Positions 12,072 through 21,268 of a stretch of 64,000 nt of DNA are shown here, one piece after another (the stretch's first letter is position 1; each line of letters begins with the position of its first letter). The stretch is taken from the NCBI RefSeq assembly GCF_044704955.1, contig NC_091989.1, positions 9,858,001 to 9,922,000 on the forward strand, written 5' to 3'. The notes beneath the pieces are model-generated. The model was not told the origin of the DNA. It saw only the letters and a program-made list of their open reading frames with translations, and ran no database searches. The translations under genes were made by a program, and so were the position numbers. The DNA comes from Pristiophorus japonicus (Eukaryota).

Positions 12072-14343
12072 ATTGGTCCCTTAGAAGATGAGAAGGGGGA
12101 TTTAATAATGGGAAATGTGGAAATGGCTGAGACCTTAAACAATTATTTTGCTTCGGTCTTCACAGTGGAAGACACAAAAACCATGCCAAAAATTGCTGGT
12201 CACAGGAATGTGGGAAAGGAGGACCTTGAGACAATCACTATCACGAGGGGGGTCGTGCTGGACAGGCTAATGGGACTCAAGGTAGACAAGTCCCCTGGTC
12301 CTGATGAAATGCATCCCAGGGTATTAAAAGAGATGGCGGAAGTTATAGCAGATGCATTCATTATAATCTACCAAAATTCTCTGTACTATGGGGAGGTACC
12401 AGCGGATTGGAAAGCAGCTAATGTAACGCCTCTGTTTAAAAAAGGGGGCAGACAAAAGGCAGGTAACTATAGGCCGGTTAGTTTAACATCTGTAGTAGGG
12501 AAAATGCTTGAAACTATCATTAAGGAAGAAATAGCGGGACATCTCGATAGGAATAGTGCAATCAAGCAGACGCAACATGGATTCATGAAGGGGAAATCAT
12601 GTTTAACTAATTTACTGGAATTCTTTGAGGATATAATGAGCATGGTGGATAGAGGTGTACCGATGGATGTGGTGTATTTAGATTTCCAAAAGACATTCGA
12701 TAAGGTGCCACACAAAAGGTTACTGCAGAAGATAAAGGTACGCGGAGTCAGAGGAAATGTATTAGCATGGATAGAGAATTGGCTGGCGAACAGAAAGCAG
12801 AGAGTCGGGATAAATGGGTCCTTTTTGGGTTGGAAATCGGTGGTTAGTGGTGTGCCACAGAGATCGGTGCTGGGACCACAACTGTTTACAATATACATAG
12901 ATGACCTGGAAGAGGGGACAGGGTGTAGTGTAACAAAATTTGCAGATGACACTAAGATTAGTGGGAAAGCAGGTTGTATAGAGGACACAGAGAGGCTGCA
13001 AAGAGATTTGGATAGGTTAAGCGAATGGGCTAAGGTTTGGCAGATGGAATACAATGTCTGAAAGTGTGAGGTCATCCACCTTGGGGAAAAAAAAGTGAAA
13101 GGGAATATTATTTGAATGGGGAGAAATTACAACATGCTGAGGTGCAGAGGGACCTGGGGGTCCTTGTGCATGAAACTCTTTTTGGAGTTTATCTGCAAAA
13201 CAAAAAACATTAAACCGTGCCACCCGAAACTCTTTTGAGTTTACCTGCAAAACATAAAGACATTAAACGGTGCCACCCGACCTGGGTGACACTCCAGACA
13301 TTTACAAGGCCCTTTTTTTTTTTTTTTTGGGCACTAGAATCACAATTTTTCCCCAGTGCCCCCTATAAAAGGGAAGGGGACACTAAAAGCACCGGCAATT
13401 AAAACAAATTAACTTTAAAACGTAAAATCAAATTAAAATTTGGTTGCCGGGCGTGATGATGCACTCCAGTCCCTCCGGTGCCCACCTCTCGCGGAAGGCC
13501 GCGAGCGTACCGGTGGACACCGCGTGCTCCATCTCCAAGGACACCCTGGACCGGATGTAAGAGCGGAAGAGAGGCAGGCAGTCAGGTTGAACGACCCCCT
13601 CGACCGCCCGCTGCCTGGACCGGCTGATGGACCGTGCCACCCGAATCCCAAAAAGTTAGTTTGCAGGTGCAGCAGGTAATCAGGAAGGCCAATGGAATGT
13701 TGGCCTTCATTGCGAGAGGGATGGAGTACAAAAGCAGGGAGGCCCTGCTGCAACTGTACAGGGTATTGGTGAAGCCGCACCTGGAGTACTGCGTGCAGTT
13801 TTGGTCACCTTACTGAAGGAAGGATATACTGGCTTTGGAGGGGGTACAGAGACGATTCACTAGGCTGATTCCAGAGATGAGGGGGTCACCTTATGATGAT
13901 TTATTGAGTAGACTGGGTCTTTACTCGTGGAGTTCAGAAGGATGAGGGGTGATCTTAAAGAAACATTTAAAATCATGAAAGGGATAGACAAGATAGAGGC
14001 AGAGAGGTTGTTTCCACTGGTAGGGGAGACTAGAACTAGGGGGCACAGCCTCAAAATATCGGGGAGCCAATTTAAAACCGAGTTGAGAAGGAATTTCTTC
14101 TCCCAGAGGGTTGTGAATCTGTGGAATTCTCTGCCCAAGGAAGCAGTTGAGGCTAGCTCATTGAATGTATTCAAGTCACAGATAGATAGATTTTTAACCA
14201 ATAAGGGAATTAAGGGTTACGGGGAGAGGGCGGGTAAGTGGAGCTGAGTCCACGGCCAGATCAGCCATGATCTTATTGAATGGCGGAGCAGGCTCGAGGG
14301 GCTAGATGGCCTACTCCTGTTCCTAATTCTTATGTTCTTATGT
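12072..14343 (+). mobile_element. CR1 LINE copy B, 5'-truncated, inserted in opposite orientation inside copy A
   Basis: RT ORF 12108-13061; 3' hairpin and TTCTTATG tail ending at 14343; copy A resumes immediately after. Confidence 0.92.
13175..13645 (-). mobile_element. Tx1/L1-clade non-LTR 3' fragment(s) nested in CR1 copy B
   Basis: ISRSRQRAVEGVVQPDCLPLFR...GNQILI* matches the C-terminus of the Tx1-like copy at 46548-47305; CR1 is split at TGCATGAA|TCCCAAAAAG. Confidence 0.85.
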
Positions 14344-15499
14344 AACTCTACCATATTATGGTCACTCTTCCCCAAGGAGCCTCACATGACTAGATTGCTA
14401 ATTGATCCTCTCTCATTACACACGACCCAGTCTTGGATGGCCTGCTCTCTCGTTGGTTCCTCGACATATTGGTCTAGAAAACCATTCCTTATACACTCCA
14501 GGAACAACTCCTCCACAGTATTGCTACCAGTTTGGTTAGCCCAATCAATATGTAGATTAAAGTCACCCATAATAACTGCTATACCCTTATTGCTTATCCC
14601 TAATTTCCTGTTTGATGCCATCCCCAACCTCACTACTACTGTTTGGTGGTCTGTACACAACTCCCACTAACGTTTTCTACCCTTTGGTGTTTCGCAGCTC
14701 TACCCATACAGATTCCACATCATCCACGCTAATGTCCTTCCTTACTATTGCGTTAATCTCCTCTTTAACCAGTAACGCTGCCCCACCTTCTTTTCCTTCC
14801 TGTCTATCCTTCCTGAATATTGAATACCCCTGGATGTTGAGTTCCCAGCCTTGGTTACCCTTTAGCCATGTCTCCGTAATCCCAATTACATCATATCCGT
14901 TAACAGCTATCTGCGCAGTCAATTCATCCACCTTATTACGAATGCTCCTCGCATTGAGACTCAGAGCCTTCAGGCTTGTTTTTTTAACACTCTTTGTCCT
15001 TTTAGAATTATGTTGTAATGTGGCCCTTTTTGATTTTTGCCCTGCTCTCCACTCTTGTTTTTCGCCTTCCTACCTTTTGCTTCTGCCCCCATTCTACTTC
15101 CCTCTGTTTCCCTGCATAGGTTCCTATCCCCCTGCCATTGTAGTTTAAACCCTCCCCAACAGCACTAGCAAACATTCCCCCTCGAACATTGGTTCCGGTC
15201 CTGCCCAGGTGCAGACCATCTGGTTTGTACTGGTCCCACCTCCCCCAGAACCGGTTCCAATGTCCCAGGAATTTGAATCCCTCCCTCTTGCACTATTCCT
15301 CAAGCCACGTATTCATCTGTGCAATAACATATCATTGACTTTATATTTATATCATTAGACTTTGTTGTTGCCATTTTGAAGTGATTTCAGCCATTTTGGA
15401 ATAACTTACTTAAAAACCTAATTGCTTGAAGTCAAGCAATAAAATCCTAGCCAAGATAAAATGTTAAACTTTTAAACACTACATCATTCTCATTTTCCC

Positions 15500-15880
15500 T
15501 TTCGAATCTTTTCTCCTCTTTTCTAGAAAGTATCGATTCTTGCTGGCACTGGCTGCCCTCCAGTACTTAATTCAGGTAGCCACTCGTCAACTTTTAGACA
15601 ATGAGCAAAGACGAGCTACTCAACAATGGGGTCTTCACAACCAAAGTCAAACCAGTCCTCACCACCAAAGTCAAACCAGTCCTCACCAAACACGCACAGA
15701 GTTTCCAGCAAGAATTGATGGTTCGCGATCTTCAGCTATTGTCCCTTTCTGATCGAAAGATGTCGAAAACAATTTTAGCACTCTTTCCACACCATGACAT
15801 CTACTAACTGGACACAGGTCAGGGATCAAACACAAAGCATCCCTGACTTATATGGCTGTGCCAGTGAGTTGAGGTAATGA
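15500..15880 (-). mobile_element. Old degenerate tRNA-derived SINE, UCON3-like (second remnant at ~22300-22570)
   Basis: Blocks GGCTGCCCTCCAGTAC, GTCCTCACC, TTTCCAGCA, CTAACT..CACAG..CAGGGATCAAAC resemble my recollection of UCON3; not verified by alignment. Confidence 0.45.
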
Positions 15881-15924
15881 GGGAGCTTGCTGCAGCATTC
15901 CTAAGGCCAGGTTTATTGCATTTA

Positions 15925-16358
15925 TAGAAAGACTTCCATTAATATAGCGCCTTTCACGACCTCAGGACGTCTCATAGCACTTTATAGCCAATGAAATCCT
16001 TTTCAAGTGTCGTCACTGTTGCATTGTGGGAAACGCGGCAGCCAATTTGCGAACAGCAAGCTCCCACAAACAGCAATGTGATAATGACCAGATAATCTGT
16101 TTTTGTGATGTTGATTGAGGTATAAATATTGGACAGGAAAACTGACCCTTCAAAATAGTACCATGGGATCTTTTACGTCCACCTTAAGAGAGCAGACTTG
16201 GTTTGACGTCTCATCTGAAAGTCAGCACCTCTGACAAGTGCAGCACTCCCTCAGCACCGCACTGGAGTGTCAGCCTAGGTTTTTATGCTCAAGTCTCTGG
16301 TGTGGGGCTTAAACACATGACCTTCTGACTCACAGGCGAGAGTCTCACAGCTGACACC
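15925..16358 (-). mobile_element. Deu-domain SINE copy
   Basis: Reverse-complement match to 18178-18630. Confidence 0.85.
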
Positions 16359-17015
16359 ACTAGGTGTCCCAGTTTATGGCATTTCTCTAAACATACCAGA
16401 TATTTAACACATTAATAAAATTATTACTTTTGATCAAAAATAAATATTTCTGAAGAAACCCGGAAGTTTTAGAGATGAACAAGTGAGGTTCCCCATTAAA
16501 ACAAACATGCACAGTTCAATAAAAAGTGATGGCAATGTTTCTGGACAAATCACTAAGTGAAATTTCCCTTTCTTAAGGCTTCTGGATCCAGCTTCTAAAT
16601 GAGGCCGGTTGTCATCAGTTGTTCAAGTCTACCTGGCCCAATACCCTTCAAAAAGCATCGAGTGTAGCAATTATTAGGATACATATTTCCTGGTAGTATC
16701 AGGAAATAGATAGCTCTAATCTTCTCCAGCCTCAATCACCCCCCCACCCCCCGAGATCCCTGCGTTTCTCCAATAATGGCCTCTTATGCATCCCCGATTT
16801 TAATCACACCGCCATTAGTGGCCGTGCCTTCATCTGCCAAGGCCCGAAGCTCTGAAATTCCCTCCCTAAACCTCTCCGCCTCTCTCCTCATTTAAGATGC
16901 TCCTTAAAATTTACCTCTTTGACCAAGCATCTGCCCTAATATCTCTTTATGCAGCTCAGTGATAAATTTTATTTGATAATGCTTCTGTGAAACGCCTTGG
17001 GACATTTTACTACGT

Positions 17016-17308
17016 GTCAGCTGTGGCTCAGTTGGTCGCACCCTCGCCTGAGGCTAAAGGTTGTGAATTCAAGTCCCACTCCAGATACTTGAACACAAAA
17101 AATCTAGGCTGACACTCCACAGCAGTACTGAGGGAGTGCTGCACTGTCAGAGGGGCCGTCTTTCAATTATATGTTAAACCGAGATCATGTCTGCCCTCTC
17201 AGGTGGACGTAAAAGATCCCATGGTACTATTTCGAATAAGAGCAGGGGAGTTATCCCCCGTGTCCTGGGCCAATATTTATCCCTCAATCAACATCACTAA
17301 AAACAGAT
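17016..17308 (+). mobile_element. Deu-domain SINE 5' part, preceded by an L2 3' fragment (16690-17012)
   Basis: A/B boxes and Deu core. Confidence 0.82.
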
Positions 17309-18151
17309 GTCAAAATGCTTGGAACAACTGCGGCATACGGAATGGATTCCTTATCGAGGACCGCACAGTACAACCTGTAGGATCAAACCTCCCTCGCAAA
17401 CAGAGGACAACCATCAACCACCTCAGAACCGGTCACAGTACATAAGAACATAAGAAATAAGAGCAGGAGTAGGCCACCTGGCCCCTCAAGCCTGCTCCGC
17501 CATTTAATAAAATCATGGCTAATCTGATCACGGACTCAGTTCCACTTCTCTGTCTGCTCCCCATAACCCTTTATTACCTTGTCGCTCAAAAATCTGTCCA
17601 TCGCCACCTTAAATATATTCAATGACCCAGCCTCCACAGCTCTCTGGGGCAGAGAATTCCACAGATTTACAACACTCTGAGAGGAGAAACTCCTCATCTC
17701 AGTTTTAAATGGGCAGCCCCTTATTCTGAGACGATGTCCCCTAGTTTTAGTTTCCCCTATGAGTGGAAATATCCTCTCTGCATCCACCTTGTCGAGCCCC
17801 CTCATTATCTTACATGTTTCGATAAGATCACCTCTCATTCTTCTGAACTCCATAGAGTATAGGCCCAGCCTACTCAACCTTTGCTCATAAGTCAACCCCC
17901 TCATCTCCGGAATCAACCTGGTGAACCTCAATTAGATGCTGCCACCTTCTCTGTAGGTGGAAGATTAAAGCATTCCCATCGTGCGACTGTGGAGCTCCTA
18001 ATCAGACCCTGGAGCACATCATCGAGCACTGCCCTCAGAGGGAATTGACAGGCAGCCTACAAGATATCCACGCCGTTACACCGGGAGCTTTGGTCTGGAT
18101 ATCAGACTAAGATACTGACATTTGATTTGCTTTGTTACTCCCATACGAAAG
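17309..18151 (+). mobile_element. Ingi/Vingi-like non-LTR 3' fragment (split by CR1)
   Basis: Joined translation LPRKQRTTINHLRTGH.RCCHLLCRWKIKAFPSCDCGAPNQTLEHIIEHCP; 3' end CCATACGAAAG. Confidence 0.65.
17441..17930 (-). mobile_element. CR1 LINE 3' fragment nested in a Vingi-like fragment
   Basis: ORF 17536-17931 is the CR1 ORF2 C-terminus; CATAAGAA tail. Confidence 0.9.
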
Positions 18152-18177
18152 GCGGCTTAAAAAACAGATTATGTGGT

Positions 18178-18630
18178 CAGCCGTGGCTCAGTGGGTAGCA
18201 CCCTCGCCTCGGAGGTTGTGGGTTCAAGTCCCACTCCAGAGACGGAAACACGTAAATCCCGGCTGACGCTCCCAGTGCGGTGCTGAGGGAGCGCTGCACT
18301 GTCGGAGGTGCCGTCTTTCAGAGGCGACGTTAAACCGAGGCCCCGTCTGCCCTCTCAGGTGGATGTAAAAGATCCCACGGCGCTATTTTGAAGAAGAGCA
18401 GGGGAGTTATCCCCGGTGTCCTGGGGCCAATATTTATCCCTCAACCAACATCACTAGAAGGAGATTATCTGGTCATTATCACATTGCTGTGTGTGGGAGC
18501 TTGCTGTGCGCAAATTACCTGCCATGTTTCCCACATTACAACAGTGAACACACTCCAAAAAGTACTTCATTGGCTGTAAGGAGCTTTGGGCCGTCCTGAG
18601 GCGGTGAAAGGCGCTATATAAATGCAAGTT
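18178..18630 (+). mobile_element. Full-length tRNA-derived Deu-domain SINE (SacSINE1-like), ending ~60 bp from the KIN exon 1 donor
   Basis: A box TGGCTCAGTGG; B box GTTCAAGTC; Deu-like core ACGTTAAACCGAGGCCCCGTCTG...GATCCCA...GGGGAGTTATCCCCGGTGTCCTGG; L2-like tail GGCGCTATATAAATGCAAG. Confidence 0.85.
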
Positions 18631-18692
18631 ATTGTCCGCCGGGCAGCCCGAGGCCGGCCGGCCCGGCCGCCTCCCATGCAGCCCACGCTCAC

Positions 18693-18806
18693 CTCGTCCC
18701 GGCACTGCTTCTGGCACATCTGGCAGTACCATCGCAGCTTCTGCAGGCCCTTGGACTTGATGCGGTTGGCGATGGCCTTGGGAGTGAGGAACGCCGCCTT
18801 GCCCAT
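18693..18806 (-). CDS. KIN: KIN17 DNA/RNA-binding protein, coding exon 1 (114 nt)
   Basis: ATG at 18806; MGKAAFLTPKAIANRIKSKGLQKLRWYCQMCQKQCRDE is the KIN17 N-terminus and start of its zinc finger; GTGAG donor follows. Confidence 0.97.
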
Positions 18807-19320
18807 CGCTCGGACCCTCGGCACTCCACCGGCCGCCCAGGATCACCGCACGTCACCGCTCCCTGCGCACCGATGTGTGTAACGTCACCGCATTCCCCGC
18901 TACCTCACCACTCCCTGCGCACCGTGTGTGGAACGTCACCACATTTCCCTCCCGATGAAGATGCCGAGATATTTAAATATATATATTTTTTCTTCTATTG
19001 TACTTTTTTTTTAAATTATAATAAAAAAATCTTCAGGAGGGAGCATTTTTTCAAACAATTGCCCGCTGAGGAAGGGATGAAGAGCGAGAGAGGAGGGAGG
19101 GGGGGGAACACGGCGAAGGGCTGTCTGGGAATTGAAGTCGGGCGCCCCGTTCGCGCACAGCCTGAGGGGAGGGCGCGAAACTACAGCTTCCGGCGTGCAT
19201 TGCGCCGGCGGCGGGGGTCACGTGGCCCGGGCGGCGCGGTGGAAGGGAAGGTGGGGGGGGGAGACGACGCATGCGTGCTGGCTGCGGGCTGACCTTCAGC
19301 AGCGGAGCGGCGGATTCACC
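18807..19320. promoter_or_regulatory. Bidirectional CpG-rich promoter shared by KIN and ATP5F1C
   Basis: Divergent ATGs 514 bp apart; ZNF143-like ACTACAgcTTCCggcgTGCAttGCG (19180-19204), E-box CACGTG (19219-19224), NRF1-like ACGCATGCGT (19267-19276), ERR element TGACCTTCA (19290-19298). Confidence 0.88.
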
Positions 19321-19361
19321 ATGTTCGCGAGAGCCGGCGGCCTGGTCTTCGAGCCCCAATG
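19321..19361 (+). CDS. ATP5F1C: ATP synthase F1 subunit gamma, exon 1 (mitochondrial presequence)
   Basis: ACCATG; MFARAGGLVFEPQ(W)|GTAAAG. Confidence 0.93.
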
Positions 19362-19644
19362 GTAAAGCAACACTGAGGGCAGCGAGCAACAATATATATC
19401 TTTCTTTTAAACTTGAGAGAGCTGCAGTGCTACTTTTGTTGATCGTGGTAGGAGGTGCCAGGGTTGGGAGTAACCCGGCCTTCTGCTTGGAACTCCTCAG
19501 GCCCTGCACTGAGTGATTTGGAGAGCCTGCCTGGCTTTGAAATGCATTGCCCTCCTCCTCCTCCTCTTCTTCCTGCCAGCCCCCCACCCAATTCCAGGAT
19601 TTTATTTGCTGTGACCTCCCATTGCTGGTCACCTATAATGAAGT

Positions 19645-20730
19645 TCTTGCTTGGTGTATGTCCACAGATCCCTCAAGGTAGTAGGACAGGTAGATAAGCT
19701 GGTTAAAAAGGCACAAGTGAATGCTTTCCTTTATTAGCCGGGGTGTAGAACACCAGAGCAGGGGGGTGGTTATGCTTGAACTGTATAAAACACTAGGTAG
19801 GCCACAGCTAGAGTACTGCGCTTAGTTCTGGTCACTGCATTCATCATAGGCAGTCCCTCGGAATCGAGGAGGACGTGCTTCTACTCCCAAAGTAAGTTCT
19901 CTGGCGGCTGAGCAGTCCGATACAAGAGCCACAGACTCTGTTACAGGTGGGACAGACATTCGTCGAGGGAAGGGAAGGGGTGGGTGGGGCTGGTTTGCCG
20001 CACGCTCCTTCCGCTATCTGCGCCTGACCTCTTCACACTCTTTGCGTTGAGACTCGAAGAACTCAATGCCCTCCCGGATGCACTTTCTCCACCTCGGGCG
20101 GTCTTCGGCCAGGGTCTCCCAGGTGTCAGTGGTGATGTCGCTAGAATACAAGAGCAAGAGGGTTATGCTTGAACTGTATAAAACACTAGGTAGGCCACAG
20201 CTAGAGTACTGCGTGTACTTCTGGTCACTGCATTACAGGGACGATGTGACTGCACCAGAGAGGGTGCAGATGAGATTTATGAGGATGTTGCCAGCACTGG
20301 AAAATTTTGGCTATGTGGGAAGATTGGTTAGGCTGTTTTCTTTGGAACAGAGGAGGTTGAGGGGAGATTTAATTGAGGTGTATAAAATTATGAGGGGCTG
20401 AAATAGAGTGGATAGGAAGGACCTATTTCCCTCAGCAGAGGGGTCAATAACCGGGAGCATAGATTGAAAGTAGTTGTTAGAAGGATTAGAGGAGAGTTGA
20501 GAACTTTGTTCACCCAGAGGATGGTGGGGGTCTGGAACTCACTGCCTGAAAGGGTTGTAGAGGCAGAAACCCTCATCACATTTAAAAAGTACTTGGATAT
20601 GCACAACGCTGTGACCTACAGGGCTACGGACCTGGTGCTGGAAGATGGGATTAGGCTGGGTAGTTCTTTTTCGATGGACGCGATGGACCGAATGGCCTCC
20701 TGTGTCGTAATTTTCTATGGTTTTATGATT
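19645..20730 (+). mobile_element. CR1-type LINE 3' fragment in ATP5F1C intron 1, containing an RTE insertion
   Basis: LYKTLGRPQLEYC...RRLRGDLIEVYKIMRG; VGVWNSLPERVVEA. Confidence 0.85.
19842..20141 (-). mobile_element. RTE LINE 3' fragment with ~95-bp target-site duplication
   Basis: GGGACTGCCTATGATG tail; flanks 19746-19841 and 20142-20234 are duplicated. Confidence 0.85.
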
Positions 20731-20802
20731 CTTTCTGTGGGCGGGGGTGGGGGGAAACCTTTCTGGTTGATATAAATTGGGCATGTCTAATAATCTTAAA
20801 GT

Positions 20803-21268
20803 AAAAGAAAGACCTGCAAATATATAGCACCTTTCACCACCACCGGACGCCCCAAATAGCTTTACAGCCAATGAAGCACTTTTTGAAGTGGAGTCACTGT
20901 TGGAATGTAGGAAACACGGCAGCCAATTTTCGCACAGCAAGCTCTCACAAACAGCAATGTGATAATGAACAGATGATTTGCTTAAAGTGATGATGATTGA
21001 GGTTGATAAATAGGACACCAGAGATAACTCCCCTGCTCTTCTTCGAAATAGTGGCCGTGGGATCTTTTACGTCCACCTGAGAGAGCAGACGTGGCCCCGC
21101 AGTTTAATGTCTCGTCTGAAAGACGGCACCTCCGACAGTGCAGCACTCCCTCAGCACTGTATTGGAGTGTCAGCCTAGATTTTTGTGCTCCAATGTCTGG
21201 CGTGGGACTTGAATCCACAACCTTCTGTCTAAGACGAGGGTGCTACTAATTGAGCCACTGGCTGACAC
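20803..21268 (-). mobile_element. Deu-domain SINE copy
   Basis: Reverse-complement match to 18178-18630. Confidence 0.85.

Larger units (their letters stand above)
9862..15320 (-). mobile_element. CR1 LINE copy A (end of ORF1 esterase, ORF2 EN-RT, 3' tail), interrupted at 12072-14343
   Basis: ORF1 DGLHL motif near 15200; EN GITETW (14677-14931) and MGDFN; RT YLDFQK, GVPQ, FADD; tail at 9862. Confidence 0.92.

Noticed and set aside
12108-13061. 317-aa reverse transcriptase ORF as an active or domesticated gene
   Set aside because: 5'-truncated CR1, premature stop at 13059-13061, PQG motif altered to PQR, and a Tx1 insertion downstream
15490-15580. Possible antisense exon (pyrimidine tract+AG ... 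CAG|GTAG) in KIN intron 1
   Set aside because: The pyrimidine tract is the reversed tail of an old SINE; weak donor and no supporting partner exons
18178-18245. tRNA-like A/B boxes (also 17020, 63600)
   Set aside because: Heads of SINEs that continue into a shared core and tail; not tRNA genes
18807-18824. N-terminal extensions suggested by the ORF track for KIN (18824) and TAF3 (61038)
   Set aside because: Non-ATG starts; the conserved proteins begin at ATG 18806 and ATG 61095
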